This document shows, one piece after another, positions 49,222-59,251 of a stretch of DNA of 64,000 nucleotides (the first letter of the stretch is position 1; each line of letters begins with the position of its first letter). Both the position numbers and the translations under genes were made by a program. The notes under the pieces are model-generated. The model made no database searches. It was not told where the DNA came from and saw only the letters and a program-made list of their open reading frames with translations. The DNA is taken from positions 703-64,702 of the forward strand of contig JAKPEO010000056.1 of NCBI GenBank assembly GCA_029551925.1, read 5' to 3'. Source of the stretch: a bacterium (GTDB lineage: Bacteria; JAGOBX01).

Positions 49222-51030
49222 CTAAATCGCCAATTTTTCTTGATTAATAAAAAATAATTCTTCATTTTCAATAAGCGTAATAATACGTTTTATATGTTTT
49301 GCAATGCGATCAAAACATAAAACATATTCTTTAAAAACATAACTTTCTAGCGGATGGCGCTGATATTTTTTTATTTTATTTGTATTATATTCTTGTATTT
49401 GCATAGATGTTGTTTTATATGCTTGTAATGCCTCGTTTAGATTTTTACGCGCCTCGCTTGAATGTTGACTGTAAGGATTTATAGAATCACTGCTTGCATC
49501 AAGAACATTATGTAATTTTTTAAATAACATTTTTAAATGTTCAACATCGTCTTTTTCAAACCAAATTTTCCTTTTAATACGCAGATCTGTTATCTCAATT
49601 AATTTAGAAATATGATCGCCAATTCGTTCAACATCAATCGTTGCTTGTTCAATAAATTGCAGCAATAATGTTTGCCTGGCGGATAACGGTTGCCTTCCAA
49701 TTTGTATCAAATAATCAGAAATTGCTTTTTTTAATTTATCAGTAATTTCTTCATCTAATTCAACTTTTTTAAATTGCGTTTTATCAATTAATAAAAAACC
49801 TCGATAACAATTTTCTATCATCCTGTGTGTAATCTGTAACATTCGTTCTAATTCCTTGATTGCAGCTAATATTGCATTTTCTGGTTTATTCAATAATGCA
49901 TCGTCAAGATACGTGCCGTGTTCTTCAGGAGATTTACTCGGACTCAACGCTATAACTATTTTAATAAAAATCGGCGAAAAAATAAGAAAAATAATACCGT
50001 TTATTGTTTGGACAAGAGTATGCAAATTAGCAGTTTGCCGCACTAAATCAGCGCCGGATATTACAGGGATAAAACGATTATACAAACTAAAAAGCGCTGC
50101 GGCAATAATAGCGCCAAAGACATTAAATAACACATGCGCTAACGCTGAACGTTTGGCGCCAATATTCGTGCCGATTGCGCCGATAACAGTAACTATACAA
50201 GTTCCAATATGCGCACCTAAAATTAATGGAAATACAACTGCAAAATCAGTTATAACGTCGGTTGCGCATAAAGCAAAAATAATACCTATCATTGCGCCGC
50301 TGCTTTGCATAATAGCAGTTACCAGCGTAGAAAATAAGATGCCGCCTACCATACCAGTGAAAGTATGCGCGTTCGAAACACGAAATATTGATTGCACAAA
50401 TTCCGATTTTTTAAATGGATCAACCGCGTGTTTCATCGTAAGCATTCCTAAAAATAAAATGCCAAAACCCATAATGATAAGCCCAATATTTTTTATCCGT
50501 TCATTTTTAAAAAACATATCTATTACAAATCCAATTGCAATCGCTAAATAACAATATTTACCGACATCAAACGCTACAATTTGCATTGACAGAGTTGTGC
50601 CAATATTCGCGCCGATAATAACGCCGATAGAATTGCTAAACTGCAACAGTCCGCTGTTAATAAATCCTACTATCATAACCGTTGTGGCGCCGCTATGGAT
50701 TAAAAAAGATATGAAAGTTCCTACTATTGTTCCAGTAACCGCGTTGTTTGTTAATCGAGTTAAAAGCGACCGCAATTTACTACCCGCAGCATATTCTAAT
50801 GCGTGTGTCATCATTTTCATACCATATATAAAAAGTCCGGCGCCGCCAATTAATTCGCATACAACCAAAAAAAGACTTATTTCTGATTTGTTGTTTAAAA
50901 AAATACTGCTATCGCCAGAGACGGTTGCCAATAATACATTCGGCATCACAATCAAAAAAAGAAATAAAAACAATGAATATTTGACTAAAAAGGTAATGAA
51001 AAAATTACGAATAAAATACATTACCATCAT
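49222..51030 (-). CDS. Na+/phosphate cotransporter family protein with C-terminal PhoU-like domains
   Basis: Duplicated Na/Pi motifs GANIGTT and GAHIGTC in a polytopic N-half, and a helical PhoU-like C-half. GGGAG sits immediately before the first ATG, so the fourth codon (Met, 51021) may be the real start. Confidence 0.85.
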   Translation of the reverse strand: MMVMYFIRNFFITFLVKYSLFLFLFLIVMPNVLLATVSGDSSIFLNNKSEISLFLVVCELIGGAGLFIYGMKMMTHALEYAAGSKLRSLLTRLTNNAVTGTIVGTFISFLIHSGATTVMIVGFINSGLLQFSNSIGVIIGANIGTTLSMQIVAFDVGKYCYLAIAIGFVIDMFFKNERIKNIGLIIMGFGILFLGMLTMKHAVDPFKKSEFVQSIFRVSNAHTFTGMVGGILFSTLVTAIMQSSGAMIGIIFALCATDVITDFAVVFPLILGAHIGTCIVTVIGAIGTNIGAKRSALAHVLFNVFGAIIAAALFSLYNRFIPVISGADLVRQTANLHTLVQTINGIIFLIFSPIFIKIVIALSPSKSPEEHGTYLDDALLNKPENAILAAIKELERMLQITHRMIENCYRGFLLIDKTQFKKVELDEEITDKLKKAISDYLIQIGRQPLSARQTLLLQFIEQATIDVERIGDHISKLIEITDLRIKRKIWFEKDDVEHLKMLFKKLHNVLDASSDSINPYSQHSSEARKNLNEALQAYKTTSMQIQEYNTNKIKKYQRHPLESYVFKEYVLCFDRIAKHIKRIITLIENEELFFINQEKLAI

Positions 51031-51110
51031 CTCCCAATGATTTATTCATCAAAAAAAAATGAACATAAAAAAAATAAAACTATTTTATAAAAATAACAAA
51101 AGTTAACAAA

Positions 51111-51139
51111 ACTATATAATAAGACGAACTAAAAGTCAA
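51111..51139 (-). promoter_or_regulatory. promoter candidate for the Na/Pi transporter gene (TTGACT-17-TATAGT on minus strand)
   Basis: The plus strand reads ACTATA at 51111-51116 and AGTCAA at 51134-51139. Confidence 0.35.
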
Positions 51140-51497
51140 GATAAAAAAAGTAAAAAAATCGGAAAATATCAATATTGACGAGTGAAAAAAGAGAGGTGAA
51201 TAACAGGGCGCGGAGAGAAAAAAATAGGTAGAAAAAACAAAAAAAATATAAAAAAAACCAAAAAAAAAAAAGAAATTTATCAAATCTTTTTAAATATTCA
51301 TCGCTCTCGCTAATGCAGCCGCCAAATTTAGATAAAAAAATGATTTATCGGTCTCTCAACTTTTTGAATTTTGGTTAAATAATCTCTAAAGACTTCATTT
51401 TAAATATATTTCAAAAATAGTATTTATACTATGTATTTTTTTTGAAAAAGTTATTTATTTTTTTTTTATTTTTTTATATTTTTTCTTTTCTCGATTT

Positions 51498-51533
51498 TTG
51501 GTGTGAAAAAATTATTTTTTTTGGTGTAGAAAA
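51498..51533. repeat. direct repeat TTGGTGT(G/A)GAAAA x2, 23 nt apart, bracketed by TCGATTTTT x2
   Basis: TTGGTGTGAAAA at 51498-51509 and TTGGTGTAGAAAA at 51521-51533. TCGATTTTT at 51491-51499 and 51535-51543. Confidence 0.5.
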
Positions 51534-51629
51534 TTCGATTTTTTTATTTCAATTATTTCAACGCGAAATATTTTTATATTTTTTATGACTTTTCGAGGTT
51601 GAAACTAACGAATTTGTGGTTAATAAGAC

Positions 51630-51658
51630 TTGACAAAGCTGAGAGATTAACTTATAAT
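51630..51658 (+). promoter_or_regulatory. consensus sigma70 promoter TTGACA-17-TATAAT
   Basis: TTGACA at 51630-51635 and TATAAT at 51653-51658, ~37 nt upstream of the ATG at 51695. Confidence 0.5.
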
Positions 51659-51694
51659 CGAACAGCAAAAAAAAGATTAAAACAGTGAAATATT

Positions 51695-53056
51695 ATGAAA
51701 AAAAAAAATATATTTTTAATAATTCCAGTTATTGTAATTTTAGCTGCGGCAGTATATTTTTTTAAATTTAAAGTTCCCACCAAAAATTTATCAAATCAAA
51801 AGAATGAAAATGCCAGTATAACATTATTGCAATTTTCAAAAGAAAGTGTCAGAGAGATAAAAATAAACAATATTCGTATTGTCAAGAATTCGTTTTATAA
51901 TAAATGGGAGATAGTTGAGCCGATATATTCGCAAGTTGACGCTGAAAAAATGGAAGAGTTGTTAACTCTGATTTTTTCAATAGAATATACAAAAAAAGAA
52001 GAAAACGCAGATAAAAAATTATTAGATTATGAGATATTAATAGATTACGAATTATTGATAATAACAGCGACAGGCAGTTATTTTATATTTAATCCGAGCG
52101 CGCGCGCGATAGACGGAAATTATTATTTTTATACTAAAATCGATAATGCTCTATATACGCTCAATACAGATATAAGTAAAATATTTGAACTATCGTTATT
52201 TGAAATTCGCAGTAAAAAAATATTCGATTATTCAGCGAAGGATATAGAAAATTTAAAAATCATCAGAAAAAATAATGATGTATTGGAATTTCAGAAAGTG
52301 ATGGCGTTCAATCAGAGTCCGGAATGGGAATTAATCGTTCCAAAAAAGATGCGAGTAGATTGGCTAAAAATAAATAATATGATAGATAATTTATTGAATT
52401 TAAAAGTGGATATTTTTATAGATGATATTAATAATACGGATAGTTATGCAATTACTGAAATGCAGGATACATTGAGTATAATTTTGAAATTAAACACTGC
52501 TGAACTGGAAAAAAATATTACAATTTCAAAAATTAAAGTGAATGATACCTCAGCGATATTAGTAAAAAGCGGAAATAATTTATATGCCGTATATGATGCA
52601 AATTTAGAAAGTTATTATGATGATTATTTAAAATTTAGGGAATTATCGTTATTAAGTGCTAATATAAAATTAGAAGCGTTACAATCTTTGATAATAAAAA
52701 AAGGCCCGAAGAAAATCGAATTGCGCAGGCAGGACGATAGATTCAAAAGCGATAATATTGAACTAAATAATGATACAGATGCGATTGATAATTTTATTAG
52801 TTCGATAATGGTGTTTCAAGTAAAAGATTATGTATCAGACAAAGCGTCAGATTTATTTAGTTATAATTTAGACAAACCGTTATTTCAAATTTTTATGATT
52901 TTTAATGACAATACAAAATACACATTAAATTTTTCTAAAATGAACGAAAAATATTACGGTTGTTTATTAGCGGCTAATGATATTATAATATTCAAAATAT
53001 CAGATAATGTTGGCGACTTGCCTGAAATCATTTTACCATTGAAAAAATATTTGTGA
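51695..53056 (+). CDS. DUF4340-like membrane-anchored protein
   Basis: N-terminal TM. Repeated modules of the type 'W.iv.P....D...me.ll..i' (NKWEIVEPIYSQVDAEKMEELLTLI; PEWELIVPKKMRVDWLKINNMIDNLLNL). Confidence 0.45.
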   Translation: MKKKNIFLIIPVIVILAAAVYFFKFKVPTKNLSNQKNENASITLLQFSKESVREIKINNIRIVKNSFYNKWEIVEPIYSQVDAEKMEELLTLIFSIEYTKKEENADKKLLDYEILIDYELLIITATGSYFIFNPSARAIDGNYYFYTKIDNALYTLNTDISKIFELSLFEIRSKKIFDYSAKDIENLKIIRKNNDVLEFQKVMAFNQSPEWELIVPKKMRVDWLKINNMIDNLLNLKVDIFIDDINNTDSYAITEMQDTLSIILKLNTAELEKNITISKIKVNDTSAILVKSGNNLYAVYDANLESYYDDYLKFRELSLLSANIKLEALQSLIIKKGPKKIELRRQDDRFKSDNIELNNDTDAIDNFISSIMVFQVKDYVSDKASDLFSYNLDKPLFQIFMIFNDNTKYTLNFSKMNEKYYGCLLAANDIIIFKISDNVGDLPEIILPLKKYL

Positions 53057-53712
53057 TTTGTTTTATGAATATAGAAAAATACAAAATTTTTTGTTTTGAT
53101 TTTGATGGCGTAATAATAGAATCGTCGCATTTAAAAACAATAGCGTATAACGAACTATTTGAAAAATATTTTCCTGATAAGATTGAAAAAATACGCGATT
53201 ATCATCTAAAAAATTCAGGATTAGTGCGTTATAAAAAAATACGATATATATGCGAGAATATAGCAAAAATAAAGGACGCTGACGAATTAATAAATCAAAT
53301 GATAGAAGAATATGAGAAGGATATTTTTGAAAAAGTAATAAAATGTCCGCTGGTCAAGGGAATAATAGAATATTTGGATTACCTTAAAGAAAACAAAAAA
53401 GATATATATGTAATATCAGGTACGCCAGATGATGAATTGAAAAAAATTATAGAATTGCGGGGATTGGCAAAATATTTTGTTGATATTTATGGCGGCTCGC
53501 AAATGAAGAGTTATTGGCTCAAAAAAATAATAGCGGAACGTCAAGTGAATAGTAATGATATAATTTTTTTTGGTGACGGTTTAAATGATTATGAAGCAGC
53601 CGCAGAGTGTTCGGTAGATTTTGTTTTTAGATTAACAGGCGAAAATGATTATTTAAAAAATCAGATTAATTACTTGCAATTATATGAAAATTATGATAAA
53701 TTATTAATATAA
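53053..53712 (+). CDS. HAD-superfamily hydrolase (phosphatase-like)
   Basis: Motif I FCFDFDGVIIES and motif IV FFGDGLNDYEAA. GTG at 53053 overlaps the upstream stop; an alternative ATG is at 53065. Confidence 0.75.
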   Translation: MICFMNIEKYKIFCFDFDGVIIESSHLKTIAYNELFEKYFPDKIEKIRDYHLKNSGLVRYKKIRYICENIAKIKDADELINQMIEEYEKDIFEKVIKCPLVKGIIEYLDYLKENKKDIYVISGTPDDELKKIIELRGLAKYFVDIYGGSQMKSYWLKKIIAERQVNSNDIIFFGDGLNDYEAAAECSVDFVFRLTGENDYLKNQINYLQLYENYDKLLI

Positions 53713-53738
53713 AATTAAAAGAAAAGAGATGATAAAAG

Positions 53739-55178
53739 ATGAATATTGTTTTTGTATCGTCAGAAGTTTTTCCATTTTCAAAAACTGGCGGGTTAGCAGA
53801 TGTCTCTGCTGGTTTACCGAAAGCGCTGAAAGAACTTGGAGAAACGATAAAAATTTTTACTCCTTATTATAAATGCTGCGAAAAATACAATCCGCAATTT
53901 ATTGAAAATTCAAAAATCACAATAGCAATTGGCGATAATTTTGTAGATGTTTATTTATATATTGCGAAATTGCCAAACAGCGATGTAGATGTTTATTTTG
54001 TAGATAATAAACAATATTTTTTTAGAGAACATTTATACGGCGTTGGCAATGACGATTATCAAGACAATTTTTCGAGATTTGTATTATTTCAGCGAGCGGT
54101 ATTAGAATATTGCAAATTTTTAGATTTTATTCCTGATGTGATGCATACTAATGATTGGCAGACAGCGTTGATCCCTGTGTATTTAAAAACAATATATAAA
54201 GATGTATTCAACAAGACAAAATCAGTATTTACAATTCACAATATGGCGTATCAAGGGTTATTTTGGGTCTGGGATATGAAATTGACTGGACTGCCGTTTT
54301 CATTATTCAACTGGCGCGAATTGGAATATTATGGAAAATTAAATTTGATGAAAGGTGCATTAGTATTTGCAGATATGATAACAACAGTCAGTCCGACATA
54401 CGCTCGCGAAATTTTATCTGAAAATTTTGCTTATGGTTTGCAGACTGTTCTTGAAGAATATCGTTATAAATTACGAGGAATAGTGAATGGCGTAGATTAT
54501 AATGAATGGTCTCCAGAAACAGATAAACTTATACCATACAGATATTCTAAATTTAATTTAGAAGGCAAGCATCAAAACAAGAGAGTATTATGCGAGCGTT
54601 GTAATTTTAATTATGATGATTTGCCGCTGTTTGCCTTTATTGGCAGATTAGTTGAGCAAAAGGGCATAAAATTTATTACAGAGACGATAGATGCGCTTAT
54701 GTCTAAAAATTTGAGAATTGTTATTTTAGGCACAGGCGATAAAGGAATAGAAAACCATTTGAAATATTTAGAATCTCGGTATTACGATAAATTACGAGTG
54801 TTTATTTTATTTAATAATGAATTAGCGCATTTAATAGAAGCTGGCGCTGATTTGTATTTAATGCCGTCGTTGTTTGAACCGTGCGGATTGAATCAATTAT
54901 ACAGTTTGAAATACGGCACGATTCCAATAGTGCGCCGCACTGGCGGATTAGCCGATACTGTTAATAATGCAGTATACGATAGTATAATGCGCGGGGTAGG
55001 CACAGGATTTGTATTTAATGATATTGATAATGGCCAATTTTTAGAAAAAATAGACAGAGCACTTGAAACTTATTGGAATAAAGAATTATGGTATAAATTA
55101 ATAGATAATGCGATGTCGCAGGATTGGTCTTGGTCTGCGAGCGCGCGAAAATATCTTGAAATTTATAGAGCTCTTTAA
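53739..55178 (+). CDS. glgA: glycogen (starch) synthase
   Basis: VSSEVFPFSKTGGLADV, HTNDWQTAL and PSLFEPCGLNQLYSLKYGT. Confidence 0.9.
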   Translation: MNIVFVSSEVFPFSKTGGLADVSAGLPKALKELGETIKIFTPYYKCCEKYNPQFIENSKITIAIGDNFVDVYLYIAKLPNSDVDVYFVDNKQYFFREHLYGVGNDDYQDNFSRFVLFQRAVLEYCKFLDFIPDVMHTNDWQTALIPVYLKTIYKDVFNKTKSVFTIHNMAYQGLFWVWDMKLTGLPFSLFNWRELEYYGKLNLMKGALVFADMITTVSPTYAREILSENFAYGLQTVLEEYRYKLRGIVNGVDYNEWSPETDKLIPYRYSKFNLEGKHQNKRVLCERCNFNYDDLPLFAFIGRLVEQKGIKFITETIDALMSKNLRIVILGTGDKGIENHLKYLESRYYDKLRVFILFNNELAHLIEAGADLYLMPSLFEPCGLNQLYSLKYGTIPIVRRTGGLADTVNNAVYDSIMRGVGTGFVFNDIDNGQFLEKIDRALETYWNKELWYKLIDNAMSQDWSWSASARKYLEIYRAL

Positions 55179-55186
55179 AAAAATGT

Positions 55187-57337
55187 ATGATACAAAACTC
55201 TAAAATTTTGTTATGCATCAAGGGGTTAAAAGAACGCGAACAATTATTTGAAATTTTAATTGATACTAATTGTAATGTAATAATTTTCGATTACAGTATT
55301 GACAATATAATCGACTATCTAAAAGACAATTTACCTGATTTAATTATTGCTGATTTACCATCTATTAATTTAGTATTATCTTTAAAAAAAAATGAAAATC
55401 CCGCAAAATATCGGCATCTGCCAATATTATTGTTAATTGAAAAAATTGAAGATTTGTCTCAAAATATAGCGGAAAAAATTTCAGAATTTATTTTGGCGCC
55501 GTTCAGCGAAAAAGAAATTATTTTTAGAGTGAATAACGCGTTAAAGATGAAAAAATGCTATGAACTACTTGAAAGTGACGTAATGAATCTGGAAAATAAA
55601 ACAAAATTAAAAGAAAGTGAATTATTAAAATTAAAAGAATATAATAAATTTCTTATTGATGCCATTCCGATGTCTATATTGGTTATTGACTCTGAAATGC
55701 GTATAAAATTTGTAAACGAAAAATTTGTAAAAATTAGAAATACAAAAATAGATTATGTAATAAATAAATATTTGAATGAAATATTCAATTTTGATTTTTA
55801 CAATTCGAGATTGAAAATTGAAGTTAATAAAGCAATGTATTCAAAAGAAACGCGTGTTTTAACTAATGTTAGCGGAGTATTTTATGATTTGTCTGAAAAT
55901 ATTTTTGATATGACAATAATTCCGATAACATTATCTACCGCTGAAGAAATTTTAATGATTGTATTTGACGATATAACTCATAAAAAGAAAAGTGAATTTT
56001 ATAATTCGATAGTTCAGGAGTTGTTGTCATATATTCAAGATGTAATAGATTTAGATAAAATTTTGTTTATAATATTAACCTGTGTCACAGCAGGCGCGGG
56101 TATTGGTTTTAGTCGAGCATTTTTACTTTTGTTTGATGAAGGAAGCGGTAAATTAGAAGGTAAGTTTTGCGTAGGTCCTGAAAATCAAGATGATGCAAAT
56201 CGTATTTGGAGTGAATTATCGCAGACGCATAAAACATTGAGAGATTACATAAATGATTATGATAAACATAGTCTTGAATTAAAGAAAAAACACAAAAAAA
56301 TACTGGAAAAATTGATATTTGAAAAAAGCGAGATAGACGAGAGTTTAAAATTATGTTTTCGCGAAAAGCGTGCTCTTCGTTTTGAAAATAATTTTGAAGA
56401 TAGCACATTTATCGGGAAAATCGGAAGAATATTAGAAGTAGGCGAATTTGTAGTAGCGCCTTTGATAAGCGACAACAAACCAATCGGAATAATTATTGCA
56501 GATAATAAATATAGTTATAAGAAAATTGATAAAGATAATCTTATAATGTTGACTATGTATGCTACACATGCCGCGCAAAGCATAGCGATAGCGAATGCAA
56601 ATGCCACGCTATTGTCAAAAGGCAATGAATTGTTAAAGACAAAAGAACAACTGCAAATATCAGAACGATTAGCATCTATTGGAAAATTAGCGGCGAATAT
56701 TTCGCACGAGATTCGGAATCCTTTAACAACAATCGGAGGTTATGCTAATAGAATATTGAAATATTTGAAACAAGGCAATATATATAGCATACAAACAGCA
56801 GCAAGCATTATTTCAAAAGAAACTGAGAGATTGGAAGAATTATTAAGCAATATTATGGATTTTTCGCGGAGCGGAATAATCAAAAAATCATTGTGTAGTA
56901 TTAAAGATGTTATAGAAAATTCGCTGTTACTATTACAAGAAAGTTTAAGAGAAAATAATATATTAATTCACTACGATGAAAACAATGGAGATGTTGAATT
57001 AATGTGTGACCCGCAAAAGATGAAACAAGTGTTTATAAATATTTTAAAAAATTCTATTGATGCAATTAAAAGCAGAAAATTAGGTGCGGGAGTGATAAAA
57101 ATTTATATTTATTGTGAAATAGAATACTGCGTAGTAAAAATTGAAGATAATGGCTGCGGAATTTCGAAAGAAGATTTAGAAAATATATATTCTTTGTTTT
57201 TTACTACAAAAGAATTTGGCACCGGGCTAGGAATGGCAATAATAAAAAATATTATAGATGCTCATAAAGGAACTATTGAATATACCTCGATTGTAAATGA
57301 AGGCACTACTGTGCGAATAAAATTACCAATTATATGA
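55187..57337 (+). CDS. multidomain sensor histidine kinase (degenerate receiver-like N-terminus, PAS, GAF, HisKA, HATPase_c)
   Basis: N-terminal KILLCIKGLKE...DLIIADLPS lacks the acidic DD pocket. PAS (IPMSILVIDSEMRIKFVNEKF). GAF (GFSRAFLLLFDE ... VVAPLISDNKPIGIIIADN). H-box ISHEIRNPLTTI. GTGLGMAIIKNII. Confidence 0.8.
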   Translation: MIQNSKILLCIKGLKEREQLFEILIDTNCNVIIFDYSIDNIIDYLKDNLPDLIIADLPSINLVLSLKKNENPAKYRHLPILLLIEKIEDLSQNIAEKISEFILAPFSEKEIIFRVNNALKMKKCYELLESDVMNLENKTKLKESELLKLKEYNKFLIDAIPMSILVIDSEMRIKFVNEKFVKIRNTKIDYVINKYLNEIFNFDFYNSRLKIEVNKAMYSKETRVLTNVSGVFYDLSENIFDMTIIPITLSTAEEILMIVFDDITHKKKSEFYNSIVQELLSYIQDVIDLDKILFIILTCVTAGAGIGFSRAFLLLFDEGSGKLEGKFCVGPENQDDANRIWSELSQTHKTLRDYINDYDKHSLELKKKHKKILEKLIFEKSEIDESLKLCFREKRALRFENNFEDSTFIGKIGRILEVGEFVVAPLISDNKPIGIIIADNKYSYKKIDKDNLIMLTMYATHAAQSIAIANANATLLSKGNELLKTKEQLQISERLASIGKLAANISHEIRNPLTTIGGYANRILKYLKQGNIYSIQTAASIISKETERLEELLSNIMDFSRSGIIKKSLCSIKDVIENSLLLLQESLRENNILIHYDENNGDVELMCDPQKMKQVFINILKNSIDAIKSRKLGAGVIKIYIYCEIEYCVVKIEDNGCGISKEDLENIYSLFFTTKEFGTGLGMAIIKNIIDAHKGTIEYTSIVNEGTTVRIKLPII

Positions 57338-57370
57338 CAATCGAAGTTTTTGTAAAAGCGCCAAAAAAAC

Positions 57371-57399
57371 TTGAAAATAAAATAATATTGTGGTAATAT
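57371..57399 (+). promoter_or_regulatory. promoter candidate TTGAAA-17-TAATAT with TGn extended -10
   Basis: TTGAAA at 57371-57376, TGG at 57391-57393 and TAATAT at 57394-57399. This would give a ~250-nt leader before the radical SAM gene. Confidence 0.35.
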
Positions 57400-57646
57400 T
57401 AGTAAAAAATGCGGATGTAAAATTTTACAGATGATGCATATAGTATGCCGCGAGATAGATATGAATTGTTGTTAGAAACATTTGGCGATAGAGAAAAATC
57501 AGATAAAATGGCGTGCATTTTTGAAAAAGCAAATAGATACGATATACACAGAATCAAGAAAAACGATAGTTGATAAAAGGCAAGAAATGAAAAAGGAATA
57601 AAAAAAATAATCTGATTTTTATTATATATAATCACCATTATTTTTT

Positions 57647-58939
57647 ATGAAACATATCTTATTAATAAATCCTTATATATATGATTTTGCCGCATACGAT
57701 TTTTGGTTAAAACCATTGGGCTTATTGATTATAGCGAGATTATTAAAAAATTATGGTTTTACAATTAGTTTGATTGATTGCCTTGATAGAAGTGAATATC
57801 ATTATGAAAAGGAATATCGCACGCTTTACAATAATTCAGGCAAGTTCAAAAAAATTGAAGTTTCAAAACCTGAATGTTTAAAATTTATAAATAGAAAATT
57901 TTATAGATATGGTATTACGCTTGAAGAGTTTGAAAAAAAACTGCAAAATACATATCCCAAGCCGTCTGTAATTTGCGTTACTTGTATGATGAGTTATTGG
58001 TATTACGGAGCAAATGAAACCATAAAAATAATAAGAAAATTTTATCCTGATACTCCGATTATATTTGGCGGAATATATCATACATTATGGACTGACCATT
58101 CAAAAAAAAATATAGATGCCGATTATTTTATTGAAGGCGCCGCTGAAAATAAACTGCTTTTACTATTGAATGAATTATTTGATTTGAATTTGAAAATAGA
58201 TGCGCAGCCTGAATTTTTAGCGCCTGATTATTCGCTGTATCAAAAAATTTATTCAGCGCCTGTATTAACTACACGTGGCTGTATTTTTAATTGCGACTAT
58301 TGCGCGTCAAAAATATTATTTCAAAAATTTATACAGTATCCTATTGACAGAGTATTTGAAATAATTAATTATTTGGTTAATGTCAGAAAAATAGAAGATA
58401 TTGCATTTTATGATGATGCGCTATTGTATAATGCACAAAACCATTTTGCGCCATTAATGAAAAAAATAATTGATAGTAATATAAAATGCAGATTTCATTT
58501 GCCAAACGCTGTTCATATAAAATATATAACTTTTGAAATTGCAGAATTGATGAAACTTGCGAATTTTGATACAATCAGATTAGGATTAGAAGCAATTGAT
58601 GAAGATTGGCACAATCAGACGAGCGGAAAATTTACATTAAAAGATTATGATAGATGTTTGGATAATTTTAATAGAGCAGGTATAGATTTAAAAAAAGTCA
58701 AAGCGTATATTTTGACTGGATTACCTGAACAATCATTAGAAGATATAAAAAAAACAGCGGAAATAATTAAATCTTCGGGAATAGACATAGAATACGCTTT
58801 TTATTCGCCTATTCCCCACACCCAATATTGGCAAAAATCAATAATGAAAAATCCAGAAATTTTAAATGAGCCGCTTTTGACAAATTGTTCAGTTTATTCA
58901 GTTTTAAATAATTTATTTTTTGATAGACGCAGAAAATAA
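57647..58939 (+). CDS. B12-binding-domain radical SAM protein (class B-like)
   Basis: N-terminal Rossmann-like ILLINPYIYDFAAYDFWLKPLGLLIIARLL and CxxxCxxC cluster TTRGCIFNCDYCAS. Confidence 0.8.
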   Translation: MKHILLINPYIYDFAAYDFWLKPLGLLIIARLLKNYGFTISLIDCLDRSEYHYEKEYRTLYNNSGKFKKIEVSKPECLKFINRKFYRYGITLEEFEKKLQNTYPKPSVICVTCMMSYWYYGANETIKIIRKFYPDTPIIFGGIYHTLWTDHSKKNIDADYFIEGAAENKLLLLLNELFDLNLKIDAQPEFLAPDYSLYQKIYSAPVLTTRGCIFNCDYCASKILFQKFIQYPIDRVFEIINYLVNVRKIEDIAFYDDALLYNAQNHFAPLMKKIIDSNIKCRFHLPNAVHIKYITFEIAELMKLANFDTIRLGLEAIDEDWHNQTSGKFTLKDYDRCLDNFNRAGIDLKKVKAYILTGLPEQSLEDIKKTAEIIKSSGIDIEYAFYSPIPHTQYWQKSIMKNPEILNEPLLTNCSVYSVLNNLFFDRRRK

Positions 58940-59251
58940 ATTGTTGCGAAATATAGAAGATTATTTGTAATATAAATTATCATAGTAAATTATTAGTCAG
59001 TGATGCTCGATGCGTGAATGCCTCAGAATACTTCAATTGGTGGCGCTGCTCTGTATATGCTGAATAAATAAAATATAACCATTTAATTTATTCATATTTT
59101 GAAACATTAATTCGGTAAAATTGATTGTAGCGCTCTTAAAAAATAAGAACATAATAAATTTAAAAAAATATTGACAAAAAAAAAGAATTATTATAATTTT
59201 TATCATAATTAAACATTGATTTTTTAGTATTTTATATAATTTATTTAGTTA

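Noticed and set aside
49856-50551. 231-aa plus-strand ORF; also 50597-51040, 32784-33419, 25493-25924, 6206-6553, 43445-43798, 44063-44383, 2893-3210 and similar track entries
   Set aside because: All lie antisense inside strongly supported genes (Na/Pi transporter, MCP domain, MlaD, cNMP protein, aroA'/aroB', kinase). Their composition is low-complexity and Ile/Phe/Ser-rich, which is typical of shadow ORFs in AT-rich DNA.
51080-51283. 67-aa minus-strand ORF in the long intergenic region
   Set aside because: It is the translation of a T-run region (FFFFFGFFYIFFVF...). It overlaps the predicted transporter promoter and has no start context.
51031-51694. Chromosomal replication origin (AT-rich, long gap)
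   Set aside because: There is only one near-match to a DnaA box (TGTGGTTAA at 51615-51623). There is no cluster of TTATCCACA-type boxes and no dnaA/dnaN nearby. AT-richness alone is uninformative in this genome.
57399-57638. 79-aa minus-strand ORF upstream of the radical SAM gene
   Set aside because: It is hydrophobic, low-complexity and antisense to the predicted leader. It has no Shine-Dalgarno or promoter and would converge head-on with the kinase gene end.
57400-57646. Cobalamin riboswitch in the leader of the B12-binding radical SAM gene
   Set aside because: No B12-box-like GCCACTG core or GC-rich paired elements are visible. The leader is mostly AT-rich and open-reading.
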